In this document: piece by piece, positions 24,253 through 32,844 of the stretch
Numbering within the stretch: the first letter of the stretch is position 1
Layout: each line of letters begins with the position of its first letter
Origin: Alphaproteobacteria bacterium
GTDB taxonomy: Bacteria > Pseudomonadota > Alphaproteobacteria > UBA2136 > UBA6156
NCBI GenBank assembly: GCA_027485835.1
Contig: JAIXQG010000001.1
Span: 2,948 to 66,947 of the forward strand
DNA: 64,000 nt
Direction of reading: 5' to 3'
The notes under the pieces: model-generated
What the model was told of the DNA's origin: nothing
Databases searched by the model: none
What the model saw: only the letters and a program-made list of their open reading frames with translations
Made by a program: the position numbers and the translations under genes

Positions 24253-27200
24253 GTGAAGAACCTGTTTGCTGCTTTGAAGAATGAGAGACTGGCCCGTGTG
24301 GCCGGTTTACCTGTGGCCGGTTGGCCATGGGTGGCGCATTTGGTAAGTGGCAAGCATGATGTGGTTGTGGTGGTGGCACCGGAAGCGGGGAGTGTGACCG
24401 CAATTGCGGCGGGGTTGCGGGCGTTGGTGAAGGATCGCGAGGTGGCGGTCTTCCCCAGTTGGGATGTGCAGCCCTATGACCGTTTGGGGCCCAGTGCCGA
24501 GGTAAGTGGTGAACGGCAGGAGACGCTGGCCAAAGTGCGTGCCGGTGGGCCGTTGGTGATTGTGACCAATGTGGCGGCGCTGGGCGTGATGGAAGCGCCG
24601 GTGGAAGGCGATTTGTGGCGTGTGAGTGTGGGCGGTGAAGTTGAGCCTGCGGAATTGGCGGCCAAGCTGGTAGACCTTGGCTACAAACGCGAAGAGGTGG
24701 TGCAGGAAGCCGGTAGTTTTGCCGTACGCGGCGGGATTATTGACGTATGGCCTGCCGCCAGCGAGCCCGTGCGAATGGAGCTGTTTGGTGATGAGGTGGA
24801 GCGCTTGCGCACGTTTGATCCGGCATCTCAAAAGAGCCTTGAGGATATTGACGAGCTGGTGATTGGCGTGGCCGGTAACGTGGTGCTGAATGACGACCGG
24901 ATGGGGGTTTTCCGCACAAAGTACCGCGAGCATTTTCCGCATGGGCAGGACGATGATGTGTATGTTTCCGTTAGCAACGGAATTTTGCCGCCGGAAGCGG
25001 GGCAGTATCTGCCGTTGTTTTATGATGAGCCTTTGGTGGGGTTGCTGGATGTGCTGCCAGATACAGCCGTGCTGATGGTGCCGGACAATGTGGATATGCA
25101 GGCTGAGGCGTGGGATGAGCTGATTGGTCAGGCTTATGCGGCACGCCATGCGACCGAGAAGGATAAGGGCAATGTGAAGGCGGTGCCGCCGGAATTGTTG
25201 TATGTGAGTGGTGCGAAATTACAGGGCGCTATGGGACGTTTTGCCCGTGTGGAAGCCGGTATTTTTGATGATGGTGAAGGTGAGAACCTTGGTGTGCGGG
25301 CCCATGGTTACCATACGGCAAACCGGCATGGGGCTTCGGTTTCTGCCGCCAAAGATGTAGCGAGCCGAATTGCCGATGGCTGGAGCATGGTGCTGACCGC
25401 GCAGAATGCTCCGGCATTGGCGCAGTTCATTCGGGTGTTGGAAGGTGAGGGCGGGGTTGGCGCGCGGAGTATTGAACAATTCGGGATAGTCAAAGGCAGT
25501 GCGGTGGCTGCCGTGAGCGGGATTACAGCGGGTTGGGTGGACGGGCCTGGCAAGGTATTTGTGCTAGCCGATAGCGACGTGTTTGGTGCGCGGATGGGCG
25601 GGCAGGTGAAGAAGCGTCGGCGCAGTGCGGAAGAGGTGATTGCGCACTTTAGCGAGCTTAAGGATGGCGATTATGTGGTGCATGAGAACCATGGGATTGG
25701 GAAGTTTGCCGGCCTGCTGACCATGCAAACGGGTGGCGTGACGCAGGACTTTTTGAAGCTGTTGTATGCTGGAGATGACCGCCTGTTTGTACCGGTGGAA
25801 AACCTCGACTTGCTCAGCCGCTATAAGGGCAGTGATGCGGGGAATGTTGTTTTAGACCGGCTCGGTACGGGTGGTTGGGAGATTCGGAAGGCCAAGGTTA
25901 AGGAAGACCTAATGGCGATGGCGGGCGAGTTGCTGGCGACGGCGGCGGCGCGTCAGGCCGCGCAGCGGGCGCCGATTGAGCGGACGCCGGGGCTGTATGA
26001 TGAGTTTTGTGCCGGATTTGCCTACCCTCTGACCGATGACCAGCAGCGTGTGATGGACGAAATTGAAGACGATTTTGCCAACGGTACGCCGATGGACCGG
26101 CTTGTGGTGGGGGATGTGGGCTTTGGGAAAACCGAAGTGGCGTTACGCTCGGCGTTTTTGATGGCCAGTGCGGGTCGGCAGGTGGCGATTGTGTGCCCGA
26201 CCACGCTGCTGGCGCGCCAGCACTATGAGAACTTTAGGGAGCGTTTTGAGGGGTTTCCGCTGACTGTGGGGCGGTTGAGTCGGTTGGTTTCTGCTAAGGA
26301 AGCCAAAGAGACTAAGCAGGGCTTGGCCAAGGGGACGGTTGATATTGTGGTGGGCACCCATGCGCTGCTGAGCAAGGACTTGGATTTTGCGCGCCTTGGC
26401 ATGGTGGTGATTGATGAAGAGCAGCGCTTTGGGGTGGCCCATAAGGAAAAGCTGAAAACGCTGCGGGCCGAGGTGGATGTGTTGACGCTGACCGCCACGC
26501 CGATACCGCGTACCTTGCAGATGGCGGTGGGCGGTGTGCGTCAGCTCAGCCTGATTACGACGCCGCCCGTGGACCGCCAAGCCGTGACCACCATGGTATT
26601 GCGTTGGGACAATGTGACCCTGAAGGGCGCGATTACCCGCGAGCTGGTGCGCGGTGGGCAGGTGTATGTGGTGGCGCCGCATGTGGAGGATTTGCCGCGG
26701 TTAGAGGATTCTATTCGGGACTTGGTACCCGAGGCACGGATTGGTGTGGCGCATGGCCAGATGGCCGAAGGGGCGCTGGAGCCGGTGATGGAGGCGTTTT
26801 ACGAGGGCAAGATTGATATTCTGTTAGCGACCACGATTATTGAGAGTGGGTTGGATGTGCCCAAGGCCAATACGATGATTGTTTATAGGGCTGACCGCTT
26901 TGGCTTGGCGCAGCTTTACCAATTACGCGGGCGAGTAGGGCGCAGTACGGCCAAGGCGTTTGCGTACTTCCTTCTGCCCGAGAGTGGCGTGCTGAGTGGT
27001 GACAGTGCCAAGCGCTTGCAGATTTTGCAGCGCCTAGATGGCCTTGGTGCAGGCTTTACGCTGGCCAGTTACGACATGGACCTGCGCGGGTTTGGCAACC
27101 TGCTGGGTAAGCAGCAGAGCGGGCATATCCGCGACATTGGCTTTGAGTTGTACGCCAAGATGCTGAAGGATGCAGTGGAGACCAAGCAGCGCCGCAGCAA

Positions 27201-27696
27201 GGAAGCGGCGGTGATGCAGAAGCGGATGGATGAGGCGGAGTTCAAGGCGTCTTCGGTCAGCTTGAAACTGGGGATTTCTTATTTGATACCCGAAGCCTAT
27301 GTGAGCGATGTGGCGACGCGTTTGCAGCTTTACCGCCGCTTGGCGAATTTGCAGGATGCCGAGATGATGGAGGAATTCCGTACCGAGCTGGCCGACCGCT
27401 TTGGCGAATTGCCGGCCGAAGTGCAGGCATTGCTCTCGGTGGTGGATTTGAAGAACCGCGCGGCCGAGCTGAACATTGCTAAGGTGGAAGTCGGCGAAAA
27501 GGGCGTGGTAGTTGGCTTTGAAGGCGGGCGCTTTAAGAACCCCGAAGGCTTGGTGGGGTTGGTGCAGAAGCTGGCGGGGGTTGTGAGCATACGCCCTGCA
27601 GGCCGTGGGCAGGAGTTGATTTGGCACCGGAGAGTTTCGGCCGATGTGTTGCGTGGGGTTGGTGTGATTCTCTCGGAGCTGGAAAGCGCTGCTTGA
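24253..27696 (+). CDS. mfd: transcription-repair coupling factor
   Basis: 1147 aa with UvrB-homology, CarD/RID (DYVVHENHGIGKF), helicase motifs (GDVGFGKTEVA, DEEQRFGV) and a TRCF C-terminal domain. Confidence 0.97.
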   Translation: MKNLFAALKNERLARVAGLPVAGWPWVAHLVSGKHDVVVVVAPEAGSVTAIAAGLRALVKDREVAVFPSWDVQPYDRLGPSAEVSGERQETLAKVRAGGPLVIVTNVAALGVMEAPVEGDLWRVSVGGEVEPAELAAKLVDLGYKREEVVQEAGSFAVRGGIIDVWPAASEPVRMELFGDEVERLRTFDPASQKSLEDIDELVIGVAGNVVLNDDRMGVFRTKYREHFPHGQDDDVYVSVSNGILPPEAGQYLPLFYDEPLVGLLDVLPDTAVLMVPDNVDMQAEAWDELIGQAYAARHATEKDKGNVKAVPPELLYVSGAKLQGAMGRFARVEAGIFDDGEGENLGVRAHGYHTANRHGASVSAAKDVASRIADGWSMVLTAQNAPALAQFIRVLEGEGGVGARSIEQFGIVKGSAVAAVSGITAGWVDGPGKVFVLADSDVFGARMGGQVKKRRRSAEEVIAHFSELKDGDYVVHENHGIGKFAGLLTMQTGGVTQDFLKLLYAGDDRLFVPVENLDLLSRYKGSDAGNVVLDRLGTGGWEIRKAKVKEDLMAMAGELLATAAARQAAQRAPIERTPGLYDEFCAGFAYPLTDDQQRVMDEIEDDFANGTPMDRLVVGDVGFGKTEVALRSAFLMASAGRQVAIVCPTTLLARQHYENFRERFEGFPLTVGRLSRLVSAKEAKETKQGLAKGTVDIVVGTHALLSKDLDFARLGMVVIDEEQRFGVAHKEKLKTLRAEVDVLTLTATPIPRTLQMAVGGVRQLSLITTPPVDRQAVTTMVLRWDNVTLKGAITRELVRGGQVYVVAPHVEDLPRLEDSIRDLVPEARIGVAHGQMAEGALEPVMEAFYEGKIDILLATTIIESGLDVPKANTMIVYRADRFGLAQLYQLRGRVGRSTAKAFAYFLLPESGVLSGDSAKRLQILQRLDGLGAGFTLASYDMDLRGFGNLLGKQQSGHIRDIGFELYAKMLKDAVETKQRRSKEAAVMQKRMDEAEFKASSVSLKLGISYLIPEAYVSDVATRLQLYRRLANLQDAEMMEEFRTELADRFGELPAEVQALLSVVDLKNRAAELNIAKVEVGEKGVVVGFEGGRFKNPEGLVGLVQKLAGVVSIRPAGRGQELIWHRRVSADVLRGVGVILSELESAA

Positions 27697-27718
27697 GTCG
27701 TTCTGTGAAGAAAGGCGA

Positions 27719-27819
27719 GGGCTAAAACGGCCCTCTAGCACTTTTTGACTTGGCTTATGTACCCCATTTCCCGTACACGGCGCCAAGTCAAAAAGCACTA
27801 TGGAACCTTTGTAGCCTCT
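27719..27819 (+). repeat. Nested-hairpin intergenic repeat, copy 2
   Basis: GGGCTAAAACGGCCC..AGCACTTTTTGACTTGGC..GCCAAGTCAAAAAGCACT..CTTTGTAGCC. It begins 23 nt after the mfd stop. Confidence 0.85.
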
Positions 27820-28001
27820 CGCGCAGGGGCGACGTCGCTTCGCGCCGGAATGACATGACTCTCCGTTTGAAGAAAGCGCTTGGTTTTGCTTGGGTTTGCG
27901 ATTTGTTTAGGGAGTTAACTTTTTTCGGGGTATGATTCTTGCAGGGGTTGTAGAGAGGGAAGTTGTTTGGTATACAACTCCTCAACAAGGGAGGGACGGA
28001 C

Positions 28002-28220
28002 ATGTTGGTTAAGCTACGCGATGTACAAAATAACGTACGGCAGAATGTAAAGCCGGAGAGTTTGCTGTGGACGTCTATGGGCATGTTGTTGCTCGGTAAT
28101 TTTACCTCCACTACATTAGACTTTGGTATGACCGGCGGTGTTGTGGCTTTGATGGGCATTGTGGTGATGATTACCGGCCTGGTGTTGATGGGCGATTTGA
28201 CCCGTGAGGATTTGGAGTAA
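28002..28220 (+). CDS. small membrane protein (72 aa)
   Basis: The ATG at 28002 follows AAGGGAGGG. Two hydrophobic helices. A terminator follows. Confidence 0.45.
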   Translation: MLVKLRDVQNNVRQNVKPESLLWTSMGMLLLGNFTSTTLDFGMTGGVVALMGIVVMITGLVLMGDLTREDLE

Positions 28221-28237
28221 ATTATCAAACATTTAAG

Positions 28238-28259
28238 AGCGGCTTTAGCCGCTTTTTTT
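28238..28259 (+). terminator. Rho-independent terminator
   Basis: AGCGGC-TTTA-GCCGCT followed by T7. Confidence 0.7.
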
Positions 28260-28337
28260 GCGTTTGGGGGTTGTGGGGAACTGATGTGGGACTTATGTGG
28301 TTGGTATATATGTTTTTGCCAAACCTAGGAGGGTGAA

Positions 28338-28616
28338 ATGGCGAATGAACGTTTTTACAGGGAGGCGAGAGTGCTTGCTTCTCAATCTACGGCTTTGCTG
28401 GAGCTTTCCAGCAGGCCGATGACAGACTCGATTGTGAGCCGCTATGAGGCCACGATTGAGTCTGAGCGAAAGCTTCAGCGGGAGATGCGGGATGCCGGGT
28501 ATAACCCGGACGCGTCTCCGGACATCCGCGGCTGCTTGCTGCATGTGGACAGGTTGAAGGCTGTTGTTGGCCCTGTTGTCGAGGGTATTCGGAGGACTTC
28601 TCATGGTGTCGCTTAA
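28338..28616 (+). CDS. hypothetical protein (92 aa)
   Basis: ATG preceded by TAGGAGGGTGAA. Predicted helical. No motif recognised. Confidence 0.5.
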   Translation: MANERFYREARVLASQSTALLELSSRPMTDSIVSRYEATIESERKLQREMRDAGYNPDASPDIRGCLLHVDRLKAVVGPVVEGIRRTSHGVA

Positions 28617-28902
28617 CGATATTCTCGTAGAAGCCAAGGCTCTTCGGGAGACGGGAGATGCCTTGGTGAATGAATTTCGGGAGACGGGACTTTCGATCGA
28701 AGCCATTCTTGCAAAGCTTCTTGAAGTTACAAACTTTCTGGGAGCTTCTCTTGCGCTTTTGGACAAGATTGCAGATGCCGGAATTGATACTTCGGAGTCG
28801 GTGGAATTGAGGGATCATCTGCAGAGGATTGCCTTTATTCAACAAGACTTCGAGGCTGTCATTGCCCGAGCTGAAACCTATACAAAGCCTAAGCTTCATT
28901 AG
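28603..28902 (+). CDS. hypothetical protein (99 aa)
   Basis: The ATG at 28603 is preceded by CGGAGGAC and overlaps the previous ORF by 14 nt. Helical and acidic. No motif recognised. Confidence 0.5.
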   Translation: MVSLNDILVEAKALRETGDALVNEFRETGLSIEAILAKLLEVTNFLGASLALLDKIADAGIDTSESVELRDHLQRIAFIQQDFEAVIARAETYTKPKLH

Positions 28903-28926
28903 TTTGGACTTGGGATTGCGATTTTA

Positions 28927-28958
28927 AGACGCTGGTATATACCGGCGTCTGTTTTTTT
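28927..28958 (+). terminator. Rho-independent terminator
   Basis: AGACGCTGGT-ATAT-ACCGGCGTCT followed by GTTTTTTT. Confidence 0.75.
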
Positions 28959-28975
28959 GGTAGAAGCTTTGGATT

Positions 28976-29440
28976 ATGGCTAAAAAGCAGAACGACAGCG
29001 TGATTTGTGAGAACCGGCGGGCCCGGTTCAATTACGAATTGCTGGAGTTTTATGAGGGCGGTTTGGTGCTGACCGGCCCTGAAGTGAAAAGCCTGCGCAA
29101 TGGCGGTGGGCATATGAATGAGGCTTATGCGAATTTTTCGCGCGGGGAGCTTTGGCTGATGGGGAGCCATATTGCGCCCTATGACCATGGTGGCTATGCG
29201 GTACAGGAAGAGCGCCGGACGCGGAAAATTCTGCTGAACAAAAGCGAGCTTGAGAAGATTAAGAAGGCGCTGGAGCGCGAAGGTTTGGCGTTGGTGCCTC
29301 TGCGGATGTTCTGGGCCAAGGGGCGTGCGAAAGTGGCGCTGGCCGTGGGTAAGGGCAAGAAGACCGTGGACAAGCGTGAGACGATTAAGAAGCGCGATGC
29401 GGAGCGAGAGACGCAGAGAATCTTTAAGGGCCGTCGGTAA
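28976..29440 (+). CDS. smpB: SsrA-binding protein
   Basis: ENRRARFNYELLEFYEGGLVLTGPEVKSLR and a basic C-terminal tail. Confidence 0.97.
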   Translation: MAKKQNDSVICENRRARFNYELLEFYEGGLVLTGPEVKSLRNGGGHMNEAYANFSRGELWLMGSHIAPYDHGGYAVQEERRTRKILLNKSELEKIKKALEREGLALVPLRMFWAKGRAKVALAVGKGKKTVDKRETIKKRDAERETQRIFKGRR

Positions 29441-29442
29441 TT

Positions 29443-29916
29443 ATGGCTGAGGTGGCGGTTGTAGTAACAAGTCGCCAGCAGTTAGCGGCACGGTTGGCGA
29501 ATTGGCCAGATGTAGACGCTGACCAAAGCTGGGGCTTGGTGTTTTGTGGCGGTGTTCCGACGGCGAGTGAGTTAATGGCGATGCGTGAGGCTTCCCGCTT
29601 GGTAGATAGGTTAGTATGCTTGCGGATTTTTGACCGTGAGCGGCCGGTTGCCCCGCAGTTTGATGAGGTTTTGCGGAGTGCCGGGGTGGACATAGTGTGG
29701 GTGCCTGCGGAGGTGGACGGCCCCGCGCGTGTGGATTTGGGCGTGGCTGAGTTGGGCGAGGAGGGGGCGACCTTGTTGGCGCAGGCGGTGATGCACGTTA
29801 TGCCGCTGTTGGTGGTGGTGCCGCGGAGTGGGTTGAGCTTGGTGCGGGCGTGTCGGAATATGCAGGCCAGTTTTGGGGATGTGTTTAGTCTCCGTATTGT
29901 AGGCGAGAATACTTAA
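29443..29916 (+). CDS. hypothetical protein resembling the N-terminal Rossmann domain of PanC, without catalytic motifs
   Basis: Starts 2 nt after the smpB stop. By hand alignment it parallels the pantoate-beta-alanine ligase N-domain, but TASE stands where HxGH is expected and the C-terminal domain is absent. Confidence 0.55.
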   Translation: MAEVAVVVTSRQQLAARLANWPDVDADQSWGLVFCGGVPTASELMAMREASRLVDRLVCLRIFDRERPVAPQFDEVLRSAGVDIVWVPAEVDGPARVDLGVAELGEEGATLLAQAVMHVMPLLVVVPRSGLSLVRACRNMQASFGDVFSLRIVGENT

Positions 29917-29975
29917 ATTTTAGTTTAATTTAAAACTATATTAAATTGTATTTATTTGCATAAATCACTTTTTTG

Positions 29976-30005
29976 TTGACTTGTTGGATGGGGTGCCCCT
30001 ATCTG
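29976..30005 (+). promoter_or_regulatory. putative sigma70-type promoter of rpoZ with an AT-rich upstream tract
   Basis: TTGACT (29976-29981), a 17-18 nt spacer, then CTATCT/TATCTG. Preceded by about 60 nt that is almost pure A/T. Confidence 0.3.
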
Positions 30006-30040
30006 AATCTAATTGAATTGTAACAAATAGGAGTGCCCCC

Positions 30041-30484
30041 ATGGCCCGCGTAACCGTTGAAGACTGCGTTGAAGTAATCCCGAACCGCTATGAGCTGGTG
30101 CTTGTTGCCGCCCAGCGCGCCCGTGACATTGCTGCCGGTGCCCCGATCACCCTTGACCGCGACAACGACAAGAACCCCGTTGTGGCCCTGCGCGAAGTGG
30201 CTGGCCAGACCATTGACCTTGACCAAGTGCGTGAACACATTGTGAGCGGTGTGAACCGTATGGCCGACCTGAACGTGGAAGACGAACTGCTGCTTAGCCT
30301 TGCAGGTTCCGGCATGGAAGGTGGCAACGCCAGCGCCGCGATGATCGATGAAGTTGTGTTTGACGACAGCGCCACCGTGAACGCCATGGAAGAAGACATG
30401 GGCGACGACTTTATGGGTGAGGCTGGTGAAGACATCGACTTCAATGCCGGTGCTGACCTGGTTGGCGACGAAATGCCTGAATAG
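30041..30484 (+). CDS. rpoZ: DNA-directed RNA polymerase subunit omega
   Basis: [30 protein letters not shown], followed by a long acidic C-terminal extension. Confidence 0.95.
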   Translation: MARVTVEDCVEVIPNRYELVLVAAQRARDIAAGAPITLDRDNDKNPVVALREVAGQTIDLDQVREHIVSGVNRMADLNVEDELLLSLAGSGMEGGNASAAMIDEVVFDDSATVNAMEEDMGDDFMGEAGEDIDFNAGADLVGDEMPE

Positions 30485-30502
30485 ATGCTTGATTAAGCGC
30501 GC

Positions 30503-30606
30503 GGGCTAAAACGGCCCCCCAGCACTTTTTGACTTGGCTTATGTACCCCATGTTCCGCGTACACCGCGCCAAGTCAAAAAGCACTGGGATGACCGTTTGT
30601 AGCTCC
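30503..30606 (+). repeat. Nested-hairpin intergenic repeat, copy 3 (best preserved)
   Basis: Outer arms GGGCTAAAACGG/CCGTTTGTAGCTC, inner arms CCAGCACTTTTTGACTTGGC/GCCAAGTCAAAAAGCACTGG (14 bp perfect) and apical TGTAC/GTACA. It begins 19 nt after the rpoZ stop. Confidence 0.9.
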
Positions 30607-30746
30607 GCGAAGGTTCCGAAACGAAAAAGCCCCTGCGGGGGGCTTTTTGGTTGGGGGGAGGTGGTTAGTTTGTGGTCGATTACCTTGCGGGGGGTGGGGT
30701 TTCTTTTTTTGATTTTGAGATGATTGAACTTATAGTGACGTAACTG

Positions 30747-31571
30747 ATGAACAAGGAAAGAACCAAGATGGATGCGGCGCGCTTTTATGAGAATATGTAC
30801 ACGCATACCAACTATTCGGTTGGAATAGGCGATGACCGTACTGAGGCTTTGAAGAACATGGCCACCGCTTGCATGCGCCAGTATCAGATTGGCGACAGTG
30901 CCGTTGTTTTGGAAGTAGGAGCGGGGCATGGGGATTTGCGGCGGATACACCCTAACTGGCATGGCGTGGAATATTCGGAAGCGGCTATAAGCCAAGGTAA
31001 CGCCAAGCATGGGGCGAGTGCCACATATAAGCAGGGAGATGCGACACGGCTTGAATGGGCGGATAACATCGTGGACTTTTTATACACCTTTGCCACGCTT
31101 GAGCACGTACCTGAAATTGAAAAGGCGTTACAGGAAATTATGCGCGTATTGCGCCCCGGCGGCGTGGCGCTGGTAGCCCCCGCATGGAACTGCCGCCCGT
31201 GGACCGTGCAGAAGCTTCAGCAGCGGCCTTATGATGAGTTGGGACTGTTTGAAAAAGTTGGCAAGGCGTTGATTCCGTTGCGTGAGAATTTGATTTTCCG
31301 CAGTTTATTGTCTCTGCCCGGTCGGATTTATCGGGAGTGTTTGATGCGCGCCAAGGTTACTGTGCCTTTGCAATACCGAGCGATGACGCCGCGCTGGGAC
31401 CTGATGGATAAATACCCGCACATTGCTGATGATGACGCGTTTGTGAGTATGGATGCCCATGCGGCGATGGCGTATTTTCTGGCGCGCGGTTTTGCCGTGC
31501 CTTCTCATGGGTCTCTGCTGCGCCGTTTGGCGTGCCGAGGCGAACCGATTGTGGTTGTGAAGCCAGCTTAG
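30747..31571 (+). CDS. class I SAM-dependent methyltransferase
   Basis: Motif I VLEVGAGHGDL and post-I/II LRPGGVALV. Confidence 0.85.
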   Translation: MNKERTKMDAARFYENMYTHTNYSVGIGDDRTEALKNMATACMRQYQIGDSAVVLEVGAGHGDLRRIHPNWHGVEYSEAAISQGNAKHGASATYKQGDATRLEWADNIVDFLYTFATLEHVPEIEKALQEIMRVLRPGGVALVAPAWNCRPWTVQKLQQRPYDELGLFEKVGKALIPLRENLIFRSLLSLPGRIYRECLMRAKVTVPLQYRAMTPRWDLMDKYPHIADDDAFVSMDAHAAMAYFLARGFAVPSHGSLLRRLACRGEPIVVVKPA

Positions 31572-31592
31572 GCCGGCGTTGCCGGCTAACGT

Positions 31593-31949
31593 TTAGTGCT
31601 CGGTGTGGCCGGTGCCGCGTTGGGTCTCGCGGATTTGCCAGCTTTGGGATTCGTCGCCGTCGCCCATTTTGGTGGTGCGGTGGGTGGTGTGGAAGGTGGC
31701 GCCGTTCAGTGTGGACTGGCTAGGGCGTTCGTCGGCTGTTTCGGTTATCTCGGGCACGTCGAGGTCGGATTCCAATTCCGTATAGGTGAGCGAGGCTTCT
31801 GGAGTGGTCAGTTCTTCGGCTTCGTCGGACGTAGCCAGACTGTTCTGGTTGCTGCTTTGCAGCTGCGTGCTTTCGTCCAGCGGGTTGGTTTCGGGTGGCA
31901 GAATGGCCTTGTCGATGGGTTTTACGAGTGCGTCGTTACGGTTTGGCAT
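31593..31949 (-). CDS. hypothetical acidic low-complexity protein
   Basis: ATG preceded by GGAAGGA. Composition is rich in E, T, S and D. No motif recognised. Confidence 0.4.
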   Translation of the reverse strand: MPNRNDALVKPIDKAILPPETNPLDESTQLQSSNQNSLATSDEAEELTTPEASLTYTELESDLDVPEITETADERPSQSTLNGATFHTTHRTTKMGDGDESQSWQIRETQRGTGHTEH

Positions 31950-32098
31950 GGTCGTGATCCTTCCTCTGAAATTCTGCAGTTGTGGGGATAATCGTTAAAG
32001 GGGAGAGATGTTCCGCAGAAGGGGTTGAAAAGCTCGGATTTGGGCCTATTTGATAGGGGATCTAATTCTTTGGCCTTTTTTACAAATGGGGAGCTGTT

Positions 32099-32815
32099 AT
32101 GGCCGACATGCAATTTGTACTACGTAAAGTGGGCGCCAAGGTTGAGCGGTGGGATTATCCCACCCAAACCTGGACTCACTGGAAGAATGGTGGGGATTAT
32201 ACAGCCCCGACGATGGTCGGGCGGTATGTTCTTGTGCTAAAAGGGAGTAAGTGGACTCTCCAGCGGATTTCCCAGCGGGGGAATTTGCAATGGGAAGTTG
32301 TCGTTCCTGAGGGGGTCTCGGCCTACCATTCGATGAAACAAGGCGGCAAGGTTGTGCTGCCTTGGGAGGAGACTGACCCTTACATCTATGTTTGCCGGAT
32401 GGCGGGCATCGATGCGGAAAAGGTGATATTCCATGAGCCACGGCTCACCGAGGTGACGATCGGGCTGATGTCTGGTACCTCGTATGATGGTCGCCCCTAT
32501 ATGGAGGCCATCGAAACAGACGGAACCCAGAAGGTGACTGAGCAAGGGGTGCGGATTTCGCTCCCGAGCTACGTTTTGCAGATGGAGATTTCTCCTCCGC
32601 TGCATACAGGGCGGCCTCCGCGCAAGTTCGCGACGTCAATTCTCCTCTGGAAGGAGACGTTGTCGGGTGCCGGAATCTCTCCGCGCCAGCTGCTGACGGT
32701 TTTGAAGGGCCTTGGCCTGAAAAACCAGATGCCAAGCTGGCAAGTGGCTTTGTACGAAGAGTACAAGGCCACCAAAGCCAAACTGAAAGTGGAAAAGGAG
32801 AAGGGGGGCGCATAG
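32099..32815 (+). CDS. hypothetical protein (238 aa)
   Basis: ATG preceded by GGGGAG. No motif recognised. Confidence 0.55.
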   Translation: MADMQFVLRKVGAKVERWDYPTQTWTHWKNGGDYTAPTMVGRYVLVLKGSKWTLQRISQRGNLQWEVVVPEGVSAYHSMKQGGKVVLPWEETDPYIYVCRMAGIDAEKVIFHEPRLTEVTIGLMSGTSYDGRPYMEAIETDGTQKVTEQGVRISLPSYVLQMEISPPLHTGRPPRKFATSILLWKETLSGAGISPRQLLTVLKGLGLKNQMPSWQVALYEEYKATKAKLKVEKEKGGA

Positions 32816-32844
32816 CCCCCCGAACCCTTTTTTAGAGCGTTTGT

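Noticed and set aside
29917-29975. The AT-rich tract as a replication-origin unwinding element
   Set aside because: I saw no DnaA-box clusters (TTATCCACA-like), and the neighbouring genes are not origin-associated. A promoter UP element is the simpler explanation.
30441-31010. Track ORFs that span the nested-hairpin repeats (30441-31010, 1299-1547, 27034-27798, 49395-49892), all containing a WGAVLAR-like peptide
   Set aside because: The shared peptide is just the translation of the repeat element. These ORFs lie antisense to or between real genes and have no start signals.
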